Below, piece by piece: positions 28,901 to 41,372 of a stretch of DNA of 45,947 bases. Location: contig JAHBMJ010000506.1 in NCBI GenBank assembly GCA_018398765.1, positions 1-45,947 of the forward strand. Reading direction: 5' to 3'. The DNA is from Chromera velia (lineage: Eukaryota). The position numbers and the translations under genes were made by a program. The stretch's first letter is position 1. Each line of letters opens with the position of its first letter. Below the pieces are notes generated by a model that was not told the DNA's origin, searched no databases, and worked only from the letters and a program-made list of their open reading frames with translations.

Positions 28901-29450
28901 ACGTCCTTCGCTGCATATCCCCTATCTACCCTTCGGCAGTGCCCGGTACTTTTGACTCTCCACTCAGCACGGTCCCCCCCGCCCTTGGTTCCACCTCCAC
29001 CCGTCTTTCCCCCCACCGAAACATACCATGGACGCATCGGCATTCTGCTGCTAGTTCTTGAGAGGGGAAAATGACGATTGCCTTTCCTACCAAAGCAACG
29101 TTTCTGCTCTTTTGGGATCCAAAGGCACGTTAATTGATGCCCTACTTCCCACAACCACTTTCTTATGTATGCTTCAGTCGCACTCAAGGGGATACCCCTG
29201 ATTTCTACTACTTGCATACACAAGCATTGGGGTATAGGATAGGGGAGGCCGGATCCGTCACAGTGCGGTCTAGTCCCTCACGTAATTGAATTTTCAATGA
29301 ACTGGAGCAAATCTTATCTTATCAGCAGACGTATGAAACAGGACAAAGGCAGAGCCCTTTTAAATTATACTTCATTTACGTCTCTTGTGTCGGCACTCTG
29401 GTTTTGAACGTGCGCTAGATTGTCTCCGGCTTTACTTCTGTCCTCCATTA
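24505..29450 (-). mobile_element. Decayed non-LTR retrotransposon, CRE-like (RT + restriction-like endonuclease), with poly(A) tail and two upstream RRM-like repeats
   Basis: Motifs lie in the expected order on the minus strand across frameshifts and stops: two RRM-like repeats (~29220-28970, ~28550-28300); pre-RT ATRTLTEPMEAAVGEVVLSELRE (~28045-27975); domain 0 AGFSG (~27815); RT1-2 RGRRTALLAEFG...RPLEV/GRLWRRCI (27675-27592); QIGRG (~27520); NIRRLYE (~27285); C..RERVERHNE..ILKQLAE.QAG (25240-25143); IDV (~25028); K*TRY (~24935); SIEALRKGNRM...* (24612-24533); then the A-tail (T run starting 24506). The 5' boundary is uncertain. Confidence 0.62.
25758..27230. repeat. Purine-rich low-complexity/minisatellite tract (GGAA)n, (GA)n, (GACA)n with a ~29-bp unit GGAAGCAAACAGGAAGAAAGGAGGGAA
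   Basis: Directly visible. It explains the spurious 442/338/253-aa F/L/P/S-rich ORFs and interrupts the retroelement. Confidence 0.9.
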
Positions 29451-29569
29451 CAGCAGTTGGTATGGCTTTTTGAGCTGCAGTGTATGCTCTGTGACGTCGA
29501 GCCCTGCTTGTTTATTGATCTCCAAGAGCGATGAAAAGAAAGAAAAAGAGAGAGCGACGGAAAGAGAGA

Positions 29570-29601
<32 letters not shown>

Positions 29602-29702
29602 TTCTCTGTGCGAGCTTCCCAACAACAATGGATACAGCTTCTGTCGGTGTTGCTTTAGCACACACACACACACACATACAGACAAACACACACACACACA
29701 GA

Positions 29703-29758
<56 letters not shown>

Positions 29759-29780
29759 TACATGCACACACACACACACA

Positions 29781-29830
<50 letters not shown>

Positions 29831-29839
29831 CATACGGAC

Positions 29840-29876
<37 letters not shown>

Positions 29877-29877
29877 C

Positions 29878-29908
<31 letters not shown>

Positions 29909-30299
29909 CCAGATAGAGAAGATAGAGAGAGAAAGAAAGACGTCTGCACTTACACGCACTCTAGACAGACCCACAGGGTAGAAACGCAAACACGTATACT
30001 CACCGTCTCCCCTTCCGTCTACCGATCTTGTGATTCACCCCACGGCCCCCAGGTGGTGCCTGCCCCATACAGGACCCAGTCTTGATGTTTTTCTGACGAA
30101 GAAAAGCGTCCTACGTACACATCTCAACATGCACACATGCAGAGGTATACTCGGGAGAGTGAGGGCTAGAAGACAAAAGAAATTAACAGATCGAGACAAG
30201 TTCATCATTGGAGAGTATTGCTTGCATGCCGGTCGTTTGCGAGGACATGCACTGGAGGGACATACAGACCCTCATCTCTCTTATCTGCCTGATCTCCAC

Positions 30300-32350
30300 T
30301 CTGATCGTCAAAGTAAGTAACTACAGGTGTAGGAAAAGGAAGGAGACAGCGAGATAGACAGAGAAGTGGTGGGATAAAAAATGCTTTTGCAGTTCAAAAC
30401 ACCGTCAAATTTATAGAGATTCAAAAAGGGAGACGGACCTAGGAGTACATGAATTGCATTCCAAGAGTTTCTGAACAGTCCTAAGCCTCTCTTGTCGAAT
30501 CCAACTTTTTATACAACAAACACTGCAGTCAAGCTCAAGTTAGTGAAAAATAGTGCACCAGGAATCTGTTCACTCTTATATCATGCTGTTGTTTGGTTAA
30601 TGTCTTCTTGGCCCTTCTTAGATGGACTTTGCATTTTGTCTTTTTCTGAGTGCTTTAATGCAACACTCACTTCCCTTTCAGAACTAAAGATAACCTTTGT
30701 TGTGATCTTGCAAGCGTTCCTATGGAGTAGCAAGCAGGTGAAATAGGGAAGCAATTCAGAAGCAACACTTGCATAATGAGAAGAGACCGGGAGTCTACGG
30801 GTTAAACAACAGAGAACTCTTATAGCAAAGCAGACTGCCCATCGGAGAATAAATTAACTCAGAACATCAGAAAAGCTCACCAAACAGTGGTGTCATAAAA
30901 ATTCGGAAGGCCCTTCATCTCATTTCTATCATCACTTAGACGAAACGGAGCAGTCTAAAAAAAAAAATTTGTATCGAAAGTCTGCATGGTCGTCTGCAGT
31001 TGACAGACTGAACGCTGATTGCTGATCGATGAAGTGCATGGAATGAACTGACTCCTGAGTCTGGGTTATGAGTCAGTGTCACTGTCTATCATGGCTTTTC
31101 CCTCACATTTCGCTTTCACTGTTTGAGCCTGTTTCAGAGATTTTCAGAGCGTTTGATCTGACCGTTGGTCAGTTGATTTAAATGAAGTCAGGGCAGACTT
31201 TGGGAATCTTTGGGATACTTTTGGGATCGAGCCACACGAAATTTCAGGCGTTTAATTTGCATGCATGGCGCCATTAGGGTGGGGGATGGCGGGGAGGGGG
31301 GGGGGGGGCTAAACAATGCGGACGCCGCCGCATATTACCGTATATATCGCTGCAATACGGCAGCATTGAGCCAGAGAGCATGCCAGAGAGCCTCTGTCAT
31401 GATCTGTCATGCAGTGATTGTCACAGCCTGTCAGAGATTAGCTCATGCAGTGAGTCTTCTGTCACTGTTTGAATTCTTGATACATCTTGGTATTGTGCAC
31501 CATCCATGAATCCCTTTCTAGGTATATGAGAAGATGTGTAAGAGCGACGATTTGATACGAGAAGCCGTGAACATTTGTTTCTTGTGGCGCAGACATAGTA
31601 CACGGATATCACTCCTCTTATGGTATGGTGCAGATAGGTCCTCTCTTCCAGAATTTCCAGTATTTTCTCCCGACAAAAATATCGTAAGCATTTTACAGAT
31701 CCCAAAACTCTCCTCCAAGTTTCTTGTGACAATTTTGTCTTTCTCTGTAGGTGGAGACTTGTATACCTCACTAAATATCTCATTTTTCAGCTCACCTCTT
31801 TGGTTCCTGATTTTAGACATTGTCTTCATATCTCTCTGATAATTTTGTAGCCGAGGAGGATCTGCTCAGAGCGCTTGTTGAGCACGCTCACCCGACTGCA
31901 TTGTCACTGCAAAGATGAACTGCTTAGTACTGCTTAGAATGCCCGTCTATATACCTAAAATTTTTATGTTGGCCCAGTTGAAGCTAAGTCCCCAGTCTTT
32001 GCATGTTTACTCCTTTGTTTGTTCTTGATAAGAACAGCCCCATGAACTTCAAGTTCTTAACTGCAGGAAATGTTGGAGCTTGCCTTGGACAAAGAGGGCT
32101 TCGGCTTAGCGTTAGCTAGGGCATTGGCAACAATGATTGAGGCAGGAGGCCAATCCTCTACACATTAATCCTTATCTTAATCCTAATTGATGAGATATTA
32201 AATCGATTTAAAGTAAGAATTGTAACATGATCTCATCTTTACTAGCATCTTCAAGCAAGTTTCAGCAACATTTTTTAATATTTTCTCTAGTACTTTTTGT
32301 ACTATATATTTGTGATGCGCCTGAAAAAGTGAGCCAAAATTGCAGCATCA
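30300..32350. other. AT-rich, CpG-poor, intron-free region, probably old transposon debris
   Basis: Composition shifts relative to the genes and CpG is scarce. There are broken minus-strand ORFs (31421-31829) and an A-run at 30957. No diagnostic transposase motif was recognised. Confidence 0.3.
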
Positions 32351-33377
32351 TGCACTGAATTAGACTCCGATTAATTCACTCAAACACTTGCGATAACAGA
32401 GGTCAAGAAAACACAGGAAAAAATACAAAGAGGAAGACGAGAGACGGTCTCTTTCTGAATCAAATGCTCATGCGATCGATTGGCGATCCTTCCACTGATC
32501 CATCCACTTGCTCAACCTAGTCGAAGGTCTTCTGTGACAGAATTCCATTAGCGATTGATAGTCGGAATGTCAATTTCTCTCTGAATGTCTGTCTGCAACA
32601 TTCTGCAACGACTAGAAAGCATTACTGGCGGACGCACACCCCGTTCAATCCCCCTTCCAACTTCCGAAACGCCCTCCAGACTCCTTGATTCTCCATTCAT
32701 TCAGTCTCTCACAAAGTGCTACAGGAGAAAGCGAGTAAGTGTCACCATGAAGCAGAAGTGTTCTTTAATTGAGAGAAGCACAGTGAAGAAAAGACAACAA
32801 TCGACGTCCCCTCGATCACCAATCGACCAGGTCGGGATGAAACGAATCCTTTTTGTTCGACGAAGACACTGCTTCTCGAAAGTCATCTTTTCTCATGGTC
32901 GATCTCAATGTGCCTCCCTGTGAGACTGCATGTAGGAAGAGATCGATCGACCAAACGACTCAGGCAGTCATTCAGATCAATTTTCTCCCCATTACAGGGA
33001 GAGAAACGAATAGGCACACAGACTTAAGCAAGGCAATAGAAACAGAAACTTCCGTCCTCATTCAGAGCGAGAGGGAGAAGAGACGTGAGAATCCTGTGCA
33101 ATGCTTTCTTTTCTTTCTCTGTGGCCCAGGCTCGACTTGCAGGTAGAGCTAGAGGGAGCATGTGACTTTTCCCCCCGTCTCCTTCTCTTTCTATGCAGAC
33201 GATCTCTCAACGCTGGAAATCCTGCTTGCTTCTATGCTCCCTTTCCGCACACCTGTCTCCCTCTCTCACTCTCGCCCTGCGCCTTGAGTGTGTGTGTGTG
33301 TGTGTGTGTGTGTGTTCGTCTCTCTCCCTTATTCTCTCGTGCTCCCCTCTCCCCTTCCCTTTCCTCCCCTCCTTCTG

Positions 33378-33622
33378 TCATGCAAACAATTTCTTCAGTT
33401 CCTCCAATCCCAGCGTGACCCTCTCCATGCTCTCCCCTCCCCCCGGAACGACGCTATTCTCGGCCTCGCCGTCTCCAGATGAAGCACCGGTACCTTCGCG
33501 GAGACGGAGCACGTGACTGCAGCAGCAAAGAGAGACACACAGAGGGAGCCGACGAAGACACCGTGATTTCATATCACCCCATGCTACGATCGCCCAACAC
33601 GCATACTCGCACGCACACACGT

Positions 33623-33653
<31 letters not shown>

Positions 33654-33701
33654 GAGGGAGAGGCACGCACAACCAGACACGCACACACACACGCGCGCGC
33701 G

Positions 33702-33741
<40 letters not shown>

Positions 33742-35039
33742 CACAGTTCTGCTCTCCACCACATTCTGTTTGGCGTAAAAATCCCGGAAATTCCAGATCC
33801 TTCTTTCACATTGCGAATGCACCGAAAAAAGCAGCAGACTCGCGGGAGCGCTCTGCACTGCTCTCTGTATGTCTAAAGTAATCTGTTCATTGGGCAAGAA
33901 CATCGGCGGGTCCCTCCAGTTCTTCGGCACATGCAGTGTGCGCTGTGAGTCATCTTCGATTTATATCCATGCGCCCGCCTTGCGCTCTTCATAAGGTCAC
34001 TCACTCACTCACTCACTCACCGTGCAGCTGCGTCTTTGGATTTGTGGAGCTCCAGAATTCTCTCCTCTATTGAGTCCTGCATACGCACATACAAAGACGG
34101 AGAAAAAGAGAAGGGGGGGGGGAGAGACGAACCCGTTCGTGACAAAGTATCAAAGGAAGGAAGGAAGGAGTGCCAATGAATCTTTGACATGGTCTACGGA
34201 GAACAACATGACCATTGTGTATCTTCTGCTTGTCCTTATGCATCAATGTCCAGAAGAGTTTCTTTTCGCGAACTTCCTTCTTCCCGAAGTTGATAGAGGA
34301 AGTTGTGAAGATCTTGAAGATCTCAGCACATTTTCCCGAAAATTCTGAGGGACGCATAGCCACCTAGGGCTTTCGTACTGTCCCCTTCCGAACACCCATG
34401 CTTGGCCTTCACCCAGGTATACACTCTTCCAATACAGTAGAACATGAACAAAGGAAAGTGTACACGAAAGAAGCCATTGGTATCACTGACTGACTGACTG
34501 ACTGCTACAATGAGTCTCCCCACAACGACCTCCCGTCTCTGCCCAATCCTGTGAACCCTCTGGATGGCCTGTTCCTCTACTGCGGGGTTCCACCACGGGT
34601 CGAGGAGGTACACGCGGGTCGCTGCACATACGCACACACACACACACACACAAATTCGAATTTGAATACACGCACCAAACACGTCTACGCGCATACGACC
34701 GCATGCCCGTATGCACACGCCCATGGAGAGATGAATGGACACGTGCATGGACACGCAGAATGGGCAACACCCACGCACTGGCTCTCCATGAGCTCCAAAA
34801 GAAGCCACGGACTGGCCACGGAATCCGAAAAAAGAACCCTGCCGCCATGAAGACAGAGAGAGAGCAACAAGGGGCCGCCATGAAGAGAGAGACAGAGAGA
34901 GAGAGAGCAACAAGGGGCCGCCATGAAGACAGAGAGAGAGCAACAAGGGGCCGCCACGAAGAGAGAGAGAGAGCAACAAGGGGCCGCCATGAAGAGAGAG
35001 AGAGAGAGAGAGACAGAGAGAGCAACAAGGGGCCGCCAT

Positions 35040-35084
<45 letters not shown>

Positions 35085-35170
35085 GAGCAACAAGGGGCCA
35101 CCATGAAGACAGAGAGAGAGCAACAAGGGGCCGCCACGAAGAGAGAGAGAGAGCAACAAGGGGCCGCCAT

Positions 35171-35209
<39 letters not shown>

Positions 35210-35397
35210 GAGAGAGACAGACAGAGAGAGAGCAACAAGGGGCCGCCATGAAGACAGAGAGAGAGAGAGAGAACAACAAGGAGCCGCCATGAAGACAGAG
35301 AGAGAGCAACAAGGGGCCGCCATGAAGACAGAGAGAGAGCAACAAGGGGCCGCCACGAAGAGAGAGAGAGAGAGCAACAAGGGGCCGCCATGAAGAC

Positions 35398-35436
<39 letters not shown>

Positions 35437-36514
35437 GAGAGAGAGAGACAAGACAGAGAGAGAGCAACAAGGGGCCGCCATGAAGACAGAGAGAGAGCAA
35501 CAAGGGGCCGCCATGAAGACAGAGAGAGAGCAACAAGGGGCCGCCACGAAGACAGAGAGAGAGAGAGCAACAAGGGAGACAGACGCACAAAGTCTCTCTC
35601 ATACATGCTGCCACACCAACGCGCTTGCAAGCACATAAACACGCGCACCCATGTATGTGGACGCATGTGAGCATAAATGCATAGATCCACGAATTTGACT
35701 GACCGACCTTCCACAAGATTCAATCCTACCCCCCCCGCTCTGAGAGAGACCAAAAGGGCCCGTCCCTTGCCCCCCTCTGACCGCCTCTTCCCTTCTGCCT
35801 CTCTCTCTGTCACTCTTTCCACCCCCGTGCACACACCCTCCCCGTCTCTGTCTCCATCTCCTCTGCCGCCGCGCTGCTCTTGTCCTCCCGACCGCTCCTT
35901 TTCTGCTCCCCCTCTCATTTGAGGCACCTCTTCCTCTTCAAGAACACAAGCAGAAGAGGAAGAGGAAGACGAAGAGGCAGAGGAAGAGTGCGAAGCAGCG
36001 ATCTTTCCAGTAACTGAAGAAGAGGAGAACGCGAAAGGACCGGCAGCAGCAGAAGAAGAAGAAGACGTAGAGGTCCCAAAACGAAACCACTCCAGAGCTG
36101 CCCTCCTCTTGTCGACGTTCATGCTGCCATCAAATCGACGACACAAAATCTGCAAATTGGCACAAGAAACAAAGATACGCAATCATCAGCGCGCGGAGAT
36201 ACAGATGGATGGATCAATCCATCATCAAACCTCACCAATTCTCTGGACTTCCTCATCATTCTTTTTGCTTCTCTCAACTCCCCCTCCTACCTGCCGACCC
36301 ATTCTGCTGATGCGGAGTGTTTCCATGATCCAGAACGAAAAAGGTGAGTTGGAGGATGCATGAAGAAGAAAAAGTTCACCTTCCACCTAACAATTCTGTG
36401 GGAGGAGGGACTTCTCAGACCTCTGTCTGTACCCACCCCCTTTTTCTCAAGAAGTCTCTGCACAATCTCGAGGAACGAGACCCACTGAGAGAAGATCACC
36501 ACTCGGTGGCCACT

Positions 36515-36563
<49 letters not shown>

Positions 36564-39500
36564 CACACACACACACACACAAACGCATACATGTTTATGC
36601 ATAGATGGTACTGCAAACGCAGCAGCGTCAAACCTGAAGCTCTTCTCATGTAGTCAAAGAGCGGAAAGCCGGCGAGGTACCCCCCCGATAGACGCTCAAA
36701 TGTTTGCGTGGGCAGATTCATTCACATAATCAAATTGTAAGTTCTTCTTACCGTTGTGCCCTTCTCACCTGTGTGTCCGTCTGCACGAGCCGCAGAAGCC
36801 GCTGACACTTCCCAGAGAGGAAGAAAGGGAAAGGAAAGTTCACCCCTACACCGGATCCTTGATATGAGTCTGAGGTCGAGCGAGAGCCGTGCAGTGACAT
36901 GGCAACCGCCATCGCCCTGCATTCCTCCATGAGCGCTTTGGTCTCTTCTCTCAAGAATCCCTTTCCTCTTTTCTCTTTTTGATTGCTTGAATGCGATGAA
37001 GACCACTCTCTCTCCCTCTTCCTCGAGCTCGGCCCGCCCGCATTCTCCTTCTCCTCCTCCCCTCTGCCCTCACACCCGGGGCTAGCTTCAGATTCTGCGG
37101 AAAGAGAGGAGACCCGACTATCCCCCCCCTTTTCCTCTTTCAGACCAGCAAAACCGGCCCGATATTCAGACTCGCTATGCGATTGCCTCAAGTCAGCTTG
37201 TCCTCCTTCCCTCCTCACAACGGCCTCTGGTCTTTCCGTCTCCGCGCACTTGTTGCCCCCACTCCCAACATCTCCATGGGCCGCCGGTCGACAATCGTCT
37301 CTGTTGGCCTCCCTGCCAGACACAGTTGAAGGATGAGAGGGGCGATCCTCCACCCTGTCGGGCCTCGTGAAGGGAGAGCCCTCGTCCTCGGAGTCTGCCT
37401 CTCTGCAGGCAAACAAAAAGAGGGGGCGGGGCGGGTTGCCCAGAAAAAAGGACAAGCAAGGAGGACGAGTGGGAGGCGAAAAGGGAGACTGTACATGCAT
37501 ACGTACACAAAACAAAGGGGCAAGGGGGAAGACGCGAAAGCAAGATCTGGGAAGACAGGGAGAGAAAAAGAAAAACAAGCAAGACAGGACCTATGGCTTC
37601 CACAACAAGCCGATGCTCAACCGTTCTTGACTCATCGTCCTCTTTCTTGTTTGCGTATGACTCAAAGAGACTGGAGGACGAGAAAGAGCCCCGGGCAGAC
37701 ATCAAATTCTGTTCAATCAATATGCACGTATAGACAAAGACTGACGGCACGAGGACAAGCGCAGGATGGCACACGGCTTGTCGCAGTCTGAGGAGCAGAA
37801 GAAGAACGTGACTGTAGTTGTGGAGGACCTGAAGAGAAGGGAAAAGAAGAATGAGTTTTGAAGACTCTATTTTCTTTGCGATTCATGTAAGCGTGGTTCT
37901 TCTCAAACATCAACAAACAGACAAGAGACATTTACAATCTGATGAGAAAAGGAAAATTTTGTGTGAAGCTCCCTGATCAGCTGTATGCGCGCACTTTCAT
38001 GTCCGATGATGGGCAGAGAGATTTCTTCCGAGCCTACCAGAGGCCCCTCGTGCGGGTAGAGGGTCAAATTGGGGTATGCTTCGGCGGTCTTTGGCGTGTT
38101 TCATGTGAAATTGAACAAATGCGGACGCATACACGCACATACAGACAGACAAGGATGCCTACTTACAAGAATGAATGCCAGTATGCATGTAAGTACCTGT
38201 CCTCTCGAGAGGAGATTGTCGAATTCATTTATTTTCATACTGTATGAAAAAGAATTCTGTATGAAAATAAATGTATGCACGTACCTGTCCCCTCGAGAGG
38301 AGATTGTCGAATTCATTTATTTTCATACTGTATGAAAAAAAATTCTGTATGAAAATAAATGTATGCACGTACCTGTCCTCTCGAGAGGAGATTGTCGAAT
38401 TCATTTATTTTCATACTGTATGAAAAAGAATTCTGTATGAAAATAAATGTATGCACGTACCTGTCCCCTCGAGAGGAGATTGTCGAATTCAGATTTGCTT
38501 TTGAAGAAAAGCGCGTCGTAGAACTCTCTTTCCGCGTCCGTCTGCAAAAAGAGACACACAGAGAGACATCCAGAGAGAACAGGGTGGAGAGGAGAGGAGA
38601 GGACAGGACAGCAGGGCTGACTGACGGGAAATCGAACTCATCGAAATACAAGGAGCAGAGAGTGTCCCTACTGTCTCCTTCCAAGCACTTGGCAATGACA
38701 GTAAGCTGTCGGCACGGCGACTTCTTCCAGAGAGTCTTGCCGTCTCCTCTCACACAGTCCTCAGTCACTCTGAGAGCCAGACAAAATTTCTCTTTGCAAC
38801 TTTCGAGGATTCGAAATAATCTGCTTGCCCGGTCTTTCTTTCTTCTGTGTACAAATCGTGTGAAAGAACACTTTCACATTCTTGTTCATTTTACAATCCC
38901 TGTCTTATTCACTGATGGACTGCCTGACTAACTGACCAATGTGATTCTCTCGACGTTAACAATCTTTGGAGGCAGCTGGATGATCGGAAGACCGTCAGGA
39001 CCCTTGCAGGCCCCCGTTCTTCTCAGCACGAGGTCACTCGCCATCACACGGACTGCCTCTGCCGCCTCTGCACTATCGCCCTTTGCCACACGGTCAGTCA
39101 CCAGCTTCTTCCACCAGACCCACTCACCCCATGGTGAGACTCTGCACGCAAAATATAGGACAAACATGCAGACATACACGAAATCATCCATATGCATACA
39201 AACAGAAAATTCAGTCATGCATGAACACGCAGATCGAGACTCAAACTGCCAAAACCATCGGCTATGCCCAAACGAACACACACATAAACCCGTGCACAGT
39301 ACAAGCAAAGTATTAATACATAGATACACACACAAATAGCTTGATCCTCTACCTTCGAATCCAAGGAATTGCATGAGCACAAAGAGCAAAGCCGCCGATA
39401 GAATGCCGAATGAAGCTTTTGATGAGACAGGACACTGTTCTGCAGAAGACAGACACTTACATCTACAGAAAGCATGCGCAGGTCATTTCTCCTGACGTAC

Positions 39501-41337
39501 CTGAGAAAACGGAAGAGAGCAAAGAGGTCGTCGAGGGAGTTCTGAATCGGCGTTCCCGTCAGACACCACCGAGCGGACGCAGAAAGGGCGCACACAGATT
39601 TGGACAGCTTCGTCTGCCTCCCCTTGATCATGTGGGCCTCGTCCAGAATGATGCGCTGCAGGCAGGAGTCGCAAATTCGTGAATCGTCAGTCTCAAGTTC
39701 TCCCTCGCTCCCGCACTCTCTCTCGTCTCCCTGCTGCTCTGTGTGTGTGTGTGTGATGATAATGAGCTCACCGCCAGGCCTAGTCGCCGGCTTGTGTGTG
39801 TGTGTGTGTGTGTGTGTGTGATGATAATGAGCTCACCGCCAGGCCTAGTCGCCGGCTTAGGTTCGTGTCCTAGAAGCGTACACAGTAGCGTCCGGACCCT
39901 AGGCACCAAGCCAAGCCGCATGACACGAAGCCGATGAATGCAGACGGACCCTCAATCGATCGCTAACCGGCAAAAGACAACCTTGAAAGAGCAAGCCGCA
40001 ACGAAGCAGAAAGAAAGGGAAAAGAAGACCGAGGTTGGACATGACATCGAAAGGCGGCGCTGTGCGCGCGCGCGGGTGTTCACATCTCCTTTTGACAACG
40101 AGCCCGTGATCTTTTTCTAGAATCAATTTTTGAAAGGAGGGTGGGCAGCAAATTTATCTGATTTTTTTTTAGTACAGACCCGTGGCACGGCCTCAGAGTG
40201 GCCCACAAAAACGAAATGTTTGTCTTCCTTCCTTCCCTAACCTTCCAGTGGACTTCAAAAAGCGGGCTGCTGGGCTTTCCCTTGTCTCTGTCCGCCAACC
40301 CGCTCCCCACCGCCCCTTCCATCTCTCCATTCCACTCCGAGGCTACCGTGCCGTAAGTCGTCATCACCACCTCCGCCCTCCGCAGGGCTCTGACGCTCTT
40401 CGTCCGGTCGGAGCCGTGATACTCCATCACTGTGGGGGAGGCTCTGCAATTAAGCAAATCCTTTTTTCTTTCATTCTTTGTTTTTTCATCTCAATGAAGG
40501 GACACGTGCTCCTCCACAGCGGTCTTCATACAAAAGAGAAATTCTAGTGTGGGAGGACTCAATACACGGCTGTGAAGTGGTAGGCGGAAAAAGGACTGAA
40601 AGGGGCAAATCTCAATCGCGCGCACGCATGCTTGAGGACACATACATGTATGCACACACACATGCATACATTCATAGATGGACGCCGACCAACCCCCGAG
40701 CGAAGTGCAGTTCTGCCTCGGACCTCCACTGCGGCAGGAGGGAGAGAGGAACGATGAGCAAGGTCCCTCCCATCTGAGTATGTGCTGTTGAAGACGAAAA
40801 TAAACCCGCGGTCGCTCTGTCTTTCTCCTGTTGAGACACTGTCTTTTCCTTCTTCTGACGGATCAAAAAGGGCGACAACGAGCTCATCGTGGTCGTCTGA
40901 ATCTGCGCGCCTCTCCCTCCCGACAACGCCCACCCAGCTCTTCCTCCTAGCCCTTTCTCCTTATCTTTCGACTTCATCTCTCTCAACTGTGCCATGGCCG
41001 CAATCTCCGCCTTTTCGTCCTCCTTTCGCAACCTCACAGCCCTCGTCCACGCGCTCTTCAACTCAACTTCACTTTTGGCTATCTTAATAGGCCTCGCCTC
41101 AGGTTGAACTTCCTTCTCTTCCCCTCTGTCAGCCTCAGGTTCGAGGGCAGAGAAGGAGAGGGACGGAAATCCGGGACGCTCACACGCGAGAAGAGCCAAA
41201 GTCTGCACGGTCTTGCCGAGTCCCATACCGTCAGCCAGAATGCCGCCTCGGCAGCAGTCACCTGAAGGTACAGTCGAGCCAGGTAGCACGTACAGAGAGT
41301 CAAAAGAGCACGTGCACAATAAATACACATATGAATG

Positions 41338-41372
<35 letters not shown>

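Noticed and set aside
29432..30085. His/Thr- or Cys/Val-rich ORFs (also at 10198-10669 and 42765-43714)
   Set aside because: Translations of (CA)n/(GT)n microsatellites.
32585..33370. Plus-strand ORFs of 97-112 aa
   Set aside because: No motifs; they lie in the probable 3' UTR/downstream region of the RAD5-like gene.
34323..36182. 619-aa ORF as a single-exon gene; the repeat array as CRISPR-like
   Set aside because: It is RAD5-like exons read through a stop-free intronic minisatellite. The 'spacers' are only (GA)n, the context is eukaryotic, and there are no cas genes.
39770..39930. Possible extra exon ending CTGGCG|GTGAG in the RAD5-like gene
   Set aside because: The flanking exons already join in frame as [13 protein letters not shown], so this was treated as intronic.
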